From the NCBI GenBank assembly GCA_016839815.1, contig JAEOTM010000187.1, forward strand, positions 37,214-101,213: a stretch of DNA of 64,000 nucleotides, given 5' to 3'. The notes below the pieces were generated by a model that worked only from the letters and a program-made list of their open reading frames with translations, was not told where the DNA came from and searched no databases. This stretch comes from Candidatus Hodarchaeota archaeon (GTDB lineage Archaea > Asgardarchaeota > Heimdallarchaeia > Hodarchaeales > Hodarchaeaceae). This document shows, piece by piece, positions 58,880 through 64,000 of this stretch (its first letter is position 1; each line of letters begins with the position of its first letter). The position numbers were made by a program, and so were the translations under genes.

Positions 58880-59683
58880 ATGAGAAATCTCTTCATGTTA
58901 ATTGACCAAGAAATCAATGCTGGTAAACCAGTATCTTTAGTAAGTGTGGTTGATGTAAAAGGTTCGGCACCACAGCGAGTAGGTGCTAAAATGCTTGTTT
59001 CTGCTACTGGAGAATTATTATGGGGAACTATAGGAGGAGGAACAGTTGAATCTCTAGCGTTAAAACAGGCAAAATATCAAATTGAATCGAAAATACCCAT
59101 CCTGAAGACTTTTGAGCTACAAGAATCAGGCGAGGATGCAACTGGCATGTTGTGTGGTGGAGAGATGCAGTTATTCTTTGATGTATTTGGGACTTCAATA
59201 AAGGTGTTCATCTTTGGTGCGGGCCATATTACTCAACAAATATTGCCATTGCTCATGAAATTAGGATATACTCCTATAGTAATTGATGATCGGGAAGAAT
59301 ATCTGAAACAACATATTATATCAAGATTTAATGTCGCTACATATACTGGGGATTTTCTAGAAATCATAGAATCCCTGTTTATTGAACAAGATAGTTACAT
59401 CGTTATTTTGACTTATTCTCATGATATGGATGAGAAAATTCTATTTCATCTTCTCTCTCAGAAAATTTCGGATCTTTCTACAATAAAATATTTGGGAATG
59501 ATTGGTAGTAAACGAAAAGTGAAAGAAATCTTTTCTCGATTGGAGTCCAAAGGCATTTCTCGTGAGACTCTAGATTCTATTCATTCACCAATAGGAGTTC
59601 CTATAAACAGTCAAACCCCTGAAGAAATTGCGATTTCAATAGCTGCAGAATTAATATCTGTGCGCAATAAGGAGGAAAAATAA
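58880..59683 (+). CDS. xdhC: XdhC/CoxI molybdoenzyme maturation factor
   Basis: GTIGGG, CGG, FGAGH, YLGMIGS, TPEEIAISIAAE. Confidence 0.9.
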   Translation: MRNLFMLIDQEINAGKPVSLVSVVDVKGSAPQRVGAKMLVSATGELLWGTIGGGTVESLALKQAKYQIESKIPILKTFELQESGEDATGMLCGGEMQLFFDVFGTSIKVFIFGAGHITQQILPLLMKLGYTPIVIDDREEYLKQHIISRFNVATYTGDFLEIIESLFIEQDSYIVILTYSHDMDEKILFHLLSQKISDLSTIKYLGMIGSKRKVKEIFSRLESKGISRETLDSIHSPIGVPINSQTPEEIAISIAAELISVRNKEEK

Positions 59684-59684
59684 A

Positions 59685-60548
59685 GTGTACACAAATGAAA
59701 TCCTCTCACCTGCGAGTATAGAAGAGGCTCTAACGCTAAAGGATCAATATGGAAGTGAAATCTATCCCCTCGCTGGTGGAACAGATGTTCTAGTAATGGT
59801 ACGAAATAAGCTAGGAGTATGGGGTGACTCACCTCCTCTGTTGAATCTTAATACCATCCCAAATCTTAACGTTATTCAAGAAACTGAGGATAGTATCGAA
59901 ATTGGTCCGTTAGTCACTCATACTCAAGTTCTAGAAAGTCCTCTTGTTAAAAAATTTATTCCCACATTAACTAAAGCTGTGTCTATCATTGGTTCACCTC
60001 AAATACGTAATTTAGGTACAATTATTGGGAATATATGTAGAGCTTCTCCTGCTGCTGATACATTAGCTACGTTATATTCACGAGAAACATTAATACAAGT
60101 CCAAACGGTAAATAGTTTAGAATTGGTCCCCATTAACAAATTCATAACTGGTCCAGGTCTGATCGACATTCCTAAGAATGGATTAGTCACTAAACTTGTT
60201 GTTCCCAAGTTAGAAGGATATCAAGGTGACTATATTTCATTAAGACAGAGATATGCACTATCAATAGTTGTTGTTTCCATCGCAGTTGAGGCCCTTCTGG
60301 TGAAAGAAGAATCAAGAATTGAGGATATTCGAATTTCGTTAGGAGCTGTTGCACCCACCATAGTCCGAGCTACCCAAACAGAACACCTTCTAAAATCCCA
60401 ATTGTTTACCAAGGAATTAATCGAACAAGCCGAAGGGCTGATTGTAGAGGAAACTAAACCTATCACTGATATTCGGTCAAATAAACGTTATCGAAAAGCG
60501 ATGACTGGAGTCCTTCTTGGACGAATATTGAAAAGCCTTTTACCCTAG
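59685..60548 (+). CDS. Xanthine dehydrogenase family FAD-binding subunit
   Basis: LAGGTD, QIRNLGTIIGN, ASPAAD, PITDIRS. Confidence 0.92.
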   Translation: MYTNEILSPASIEEALTLKDQYGSEIYPLAGGTDVLVMVRNKLGVWGDSPPLLNLNTIPNLNVIQETEDSIEIGPLVTHTQVLESPLVKKFIPTLTKAVSIIGSPQIRNLGTIIGNICRASPAADTLATLYSRETLIQVQTVNSLELVPINKFITGPGLIDIPKNGLVTKLVVPKLEGYQGDYISLRQRYALSIVVVSIAVEALLVKEESRIEDIRISLGAVAPTIVRATQTEHLLKSQLFTKELIEQAEGLIVEETKPITDIRSNKRYRKAMTGVLLGRILKSLLP

Positions 60549-60580
60549 GATTGAGAATTCATAATATATCTGGTAGATGA

Positions 60581-61282
60581 ATGAATGTGAAGAAGTTTTC
60601 AGTTGCTGAGTTTCGCAATGATATGATAATCGAAGATGATGTTTGGATTAATGGAAGTTCTACCGCTTATGGACAGTTCAGAGCATTTTCACTTATTCTC
60701 GATGATAACTTCCAAGTACAGAATGAATTAAGAACCTCTAAAGGCAAAATCGAAGCAAAAGGAGATCTAATTGTGGGAATGGATCTTATTTCTGCTGATG
60801 ACATAATCGTACAGAAGAACTGTCGAGTTGGTGGAAATATTAATGGGGGGAAAATAAGGCTATTTGGTCTGAATAATTCTGCAGTATCCATTGGAGCGTC
60901 TACCTTACACCTAGAGGGTAACATAAACGTACAAAGTGGTATTACTGCTTCGGAATCTATATTTCTCTTTTTAAATCCTAGAAGATGGTCAGTGAATATC
61001 GGGGGGATAATAAAAGCCCCTTTCATAACAATTAAATTTGTGGGTTTTTTTACTAAATGGACATTACTCTCAGACAAGATTTTTAGAAGAGTTGGAAGAA
61101 ATGATATTAGAGTAAAAAGACAGTTCGATCTTGGGAATTTAAAAATTTCAACAAAGAAGCTCATAATCAAAACACGTTTTCCTCCTGAAAGAGTAGAAAT
61201 CCTATCAAATCAAGCAGAAATAATTGCTGATGAAATCGAAATTATTCAAGTTGATGACACTCAAATTATGATGGGAGACTGA
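60581..61282 (+). CDS. Polymer-forming (bactofilin-like) beta-helix protein
   Basis: Repeating short beta motifs (VWINGS, IEAKGDLIVG, CRVGGNING, LHLEGNINV). Confidence 0.5.
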   Translation: MNVKKFSVAEFRNDMIIEDDVWINGSSTAYGQFRAFSLILDDNFQVQNELRTSKGKIEAKGDLIVGMDLISADDIIVQKNCRVGGNINGGKIRLFGLNNSAVSIGASTLHLEGNINVQSGITASESIFLFLNPRRWSVNIGGIIKAPFITIKFVGFFTKWTLLSDKIFRRVGRNDIRVKRQFDLGNLKISTKKLIIKTRFPPERVEILSNQAEIIADEIEIIQVDDTQIMMGD

Positions 61283-61534
61283 AGGTACAACGAGAAGTAT
61301 AATCTTCTGGATAATAAATAAGGCTTATAGACCATTACTTTTTGCCAGGATACTTTTTAATTAAATGAAGATTTGTTAAGATCTTTAATAGGCTTGGTTA
61401 GACATTCAGGGCATGATACAAATTAAATCAACCATATAATGCTCCTTCATATTCCTAGAGAGTCTACATTTAAAGAATTAATTCTCTCATATATAAAGAA
61501 AAATTAAAATCCATATTTTTATACGAGAAGACGA

Positions 61535-63676
61535 TTAGAAAAGCTTTTCATCATCTAGGAGTAGATTTAAATATTCCTTCAGCTTATCCGAGGTCTCTTC
61601 TTTCTTTTCTTCATGTTTTCTGGTAGCTTGCGGGTCTGAAATTTCCTTAAATTGCATGGCGGTTTTTATTGAAGCATGAATAATCTTGCATGCAAATCGG
61701 ACTGATCCCGCTGATTCTATAGGAATTTGCATTGCTTCTTTCAATAATTTTTCAAGTTGGAGCTCTGATATTGTTTCAGAAATGTGTGCCTGTCCAATAG
61801 GAAATCCTCGTTGAGTGAAACTGAGGATAAATCCCTTTTTTACAGATTCTAGATTAAAAGCAACTTTTTCACTATCTGGAAGTAAAAGATTGTTTCCACT
61901 AGTTTCTAACTCGATTGGAATTACAAATTCAACTAGATCCGCTCTAACTCCAGTTTCACTTCGAATTCTTTTTGTAGTGACATCCTTCGTAGAGCTAATT
62001 TTCCTAGCCTTTAACTGTCTGATTGATTCATAAATTATTTTTGCAGCGAAATACATTGATGAAATACCATCTTCAAAAACGCCAATACTCATAAAGTTCT
62101 TTTCATAGGCTAGTAAGTAAAGGATTTCCTCTTCAGTTGCTTCAGACGAAACTAAAGAACTTCCAATCAATTCTTTTTGACCCATACTACTCCGTAGCTG
62201 AAAAGAAATAAGAGCATTAAAACCATCATCAACTAAATCTACTTTAAAGCCCATACCCTGAGTATTTGGTAATGCAATAACCCCTTCGCTGCTTTCCATT
62301 TCAACTGGAACATCTAAATGTGCATATTCTACTGTTTTCTTTTTTACTTCTATCTCTTTCCTTTGAACTATTTCTTTAGAAGGTATGATATATGCTTGAA
62401 CTATTTCTCTTATACTAAATTGTGGTTTTTCAGATGCTAATACTAAGCATTTGACAATATCTTCTTCATTTAATTCTCCCTTAAGAATCAATGAAAATAA
62501 TCCAAGAAGTTTATTGTGATCAATAGTCCGATACTTTTCTTCCCCTTGAGATTTCTCAATAAATGGTAAGTACTTTAAGAATATATCACTTACTAACGGT
62601 ACAGGCATTCCAGAAGTAACACCCATTTCAAATAATTGATTCCATCCACTATTTACAAGTTCATTAGCTTCTCCAAAACCGATACGATAGAATTCAATTA
62701 GGTGATTAACTTCAACCGAACTAGTCGGAGGAGTCAATTGAGGTTCAAATTCTCCAGAAATTTCTTTAAGCGGTGGTGAAGTTAAGCTTTTTGCTTCTAT
62801 TTCTTCTAAATTGGGATCTCTGTGTATTAGGGTTGTTTCTGAAATAGATTCTTCGCTTGCTGCACTACCAAGAAAGACTTTAGCTTCGTCAGAAACATCA
62901 TTAGATGTCTTCAAAGATTGTTTCATAAGAAAACGCAATTTCTCTACAACGGTAGTATCTTCATCCGATTCTGTTGGTATTAGTCGTGTTTGAGCTATGG
63001 TAGCTACTGGTTCAATTTTATCTGCTAGTGTCATCTTAATTTCATGATGTTCCTCTATTTCCCCAATTAATCGGCCATTTACAAAGTCGCTTTGAGAAAG
63101 CTCTGGAAGACAAAGTTCAAAAATTCGTCCAAACGTATCAATAACACTTTCAGGTTTAAAAATTGTGGTTCTAAAAAATTTCAATTGATTTGAACATTCA
63201 ATTTGGAATTGTTCCTTTAATTGCTCATGAATTGATTCATAATTAGGGCTATTTCTAATTAAATCATTCTTGTGTAAGAATACGAAGATATTGGCTGTTG
63301 GAGAGAATTTGTTCAATTTTTCTAAACAAGCTGTGAAATATTGAATTGAGTTATTTCGTGATGTTTTATTTGCAACATCAATTAGAAAAATAAATATTTT
63401 AACATTACTAAATACAAATGGACTAAATCCACTTAGAAACCGTTGTAAAAAGATCTTTTGTCCACCCAAATCGACAATAGTGACTGGTACATCATTCACT
63501 GTGAGAGACAATCTCTCGTAATTAATTGTTGCAGAAAGTTTATTCACGTCTTCGGTTTGCTGCTTTAAAAAGAAAATTCGTTTTACCGCAGTTTTTCCTG
63601 CCTCACTCAAACCAGCAATTAGGATTTTATATCCAAGTTGTTGAGAAATCTCGGACTCCGAAACCCATCGTGACAT
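61535..63676 (-). CDS. Paralog of the long Rag-family GTPase at 11598..13793
   Basis: Same GLSEAGKTAVKRIFF, SATINYERL, DLGGQ and HKND motifs and the same C-terminal architecture; start set at MSRWVS by alignment (track start 63682). Confidence 0.88.
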   Translation of the reverse strand: MSRWVSESEISQQLGYKILIAGLSEAGKTAVKRIFFLKQQTEDVNKLSATINYERLSLTVNDVPVTIVDLGGQKIFLQRFLSGFSPFVFSNVKIFIFLIDVANKTSRNNSIQYFTACLEKLNKFSPTANIFVFLHKNDLIRNSPNYESIHEQLKEQFQIECSNQLKFFRTTIFKPESVIDTFGRIFELCLPELSQSDFVNGRLIGEIEEHHEIKMTLADKIEPVATIAQTRLIPTESDEDTTVVEKLRFLMKQSLKTSNDVSDEAKVFLGSAASEESISETTLIHRDPNLEEIEAKSLTSPPLKEISGEFEPQLTPPTSSVEVNHLIEFYRIGFGEANELVNSGWNQLFEMGVTSGMPVPLVSDIFLKYLPFIEKSQGEEKYRTIDHNKLLGLFSLILKGELNEEDIVKCLVLASEKPQFSIREIVQAYIIPSKEIVQRKEIEVKKKTVEYAHLDVPVEMESSEGVIALPNTQGMGFKVDLVDDGFNALISFQLRSSMGQKELIGSSLVSSEATEEEILYLLAYEKNFMSIGVFEDGISSMYFAAKIIYESIRQLKARKISSTKDVTTKRIRSETGVRADLVEFVIPIELETSGNNLLLPDSEKVAFNLESVKKGFILSFTQRGFPIGQAHISETISELQLEKLLKEAMQIPIESAGSVRFACKIIHASIKTAMQFKEISDPQATRKHEEKKEETSDKLKEYLNLLLDDEKLF

Positions 63677-63911
63677 CTTCAATTTTATCCTTGTGTATTG
63701 AGTGACAATTACAAATCAGAGAAGATTATTATTCAATATATTCATGTTTAACTGTGATTAACATTTTAATAAGACTTCTAATTAACTCATCCGAAATTAA
63801 TTGGGAGAATCTATTTATAATTATTGATATTATCATGCAAATTAGTAATTAGTTAAAATTTCCCTGAAGGTAAATACTTCACTTGAATTCAGAGAAGTGT
63901 TGTGAGTATAA

Positions 63912-64000
63912 ATGCAACAGACTAATCAACCTAATAAAGTATTATTCATGGGATTGGGAGCAAGTGGAAAAAGTAGCATTAGATCGATTGTATTTGAAGG
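63912..64000 (+). CDS. 5' end of a second RagA/Gtr1-like GTPase (partial, runs off the window end)
   Basis: Manual translation MQQTNQPNKVLFMGLGASGKSSIRSIVFEG is nearly identical to the N-terminus of 14110..15006. Confidence 0.85.
   Translation, partial: MQQTNQPNKVLFMGLGASGKSSIRSIVFE

Noticed and set aside
56098-60548. Assigning a specific substrate (xanthine, CO, aldehyde) to the molybdoenzyme
   Set aside because: The AFRGFG loop argues against form I CO dehydrogenase, but the substrate cannot be determined by eye. The operon is otherwise ordinary.
272-62993. Numerous short ORFs in the track lying antisense or out of frame within longer genes (e.g. 632..955, 18462..18941, 32950..33456, 48767..49321, 60667..61170)
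   Set aside because: They are shadows of well-supported genes, with no motifs or SD support.

Overview
AT-rich, gene-dense archaeal chromosome segment with GGTGA/GGAG Shine-Dalgarno sites. It is very probably from an Asgard archaeon (Heimdallarchaeia/Hodarchaeales-like). This is inferred from Rag-type GTPases, roadblock, longin/uDENN, PCI-like winged-helix, RING-like and C2-like domains sitting among ordinary archaeal metabolic genes. I recognised no rRNA, tRNA, CRISPR array or mobile element. The main finding is a compact four-gene locus at 2.3-16.0 kb. (i) A ~3,100-aa single-pass surface protein carries 3 DUF2341/LamG units, 11 Ig-like repeats and a TM helix. Its cytoplasmic tail is a longin/uDENN domain with folliculin/SMCR8-like signature motifs (FDQLHGP and an ARG arginine-finger-like loop). 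(ii) A long Rag-family GTPase has a novel C-terminal region. (iii) A divergently transcribed RagA/Gtr1-like GTPase has a roadblock domain. (iv) A soluble protein combines longin, gelsolin-like and winged-helix domains. Together these look like a candidate receptor-coupled Rag/GAP signalling module. The divergent Rag pair is duplicated at the far end of the window (61.5-64 kb). Other content: an acetyl-CoA/acetate cluster, ABC importer and exporter systems, TldD/PmbA, a xanthine-dehydrogenase-family operon, a membrane-tethered HTH regulator with 21-bp-phased palindromic sites, a CofD-like/PCI fusion, a tandem WH+RING-like protein, and a TPR gene with a non-canonical start that the ORF track missed. 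All domain calls come from visual motif recognition, not database searches.
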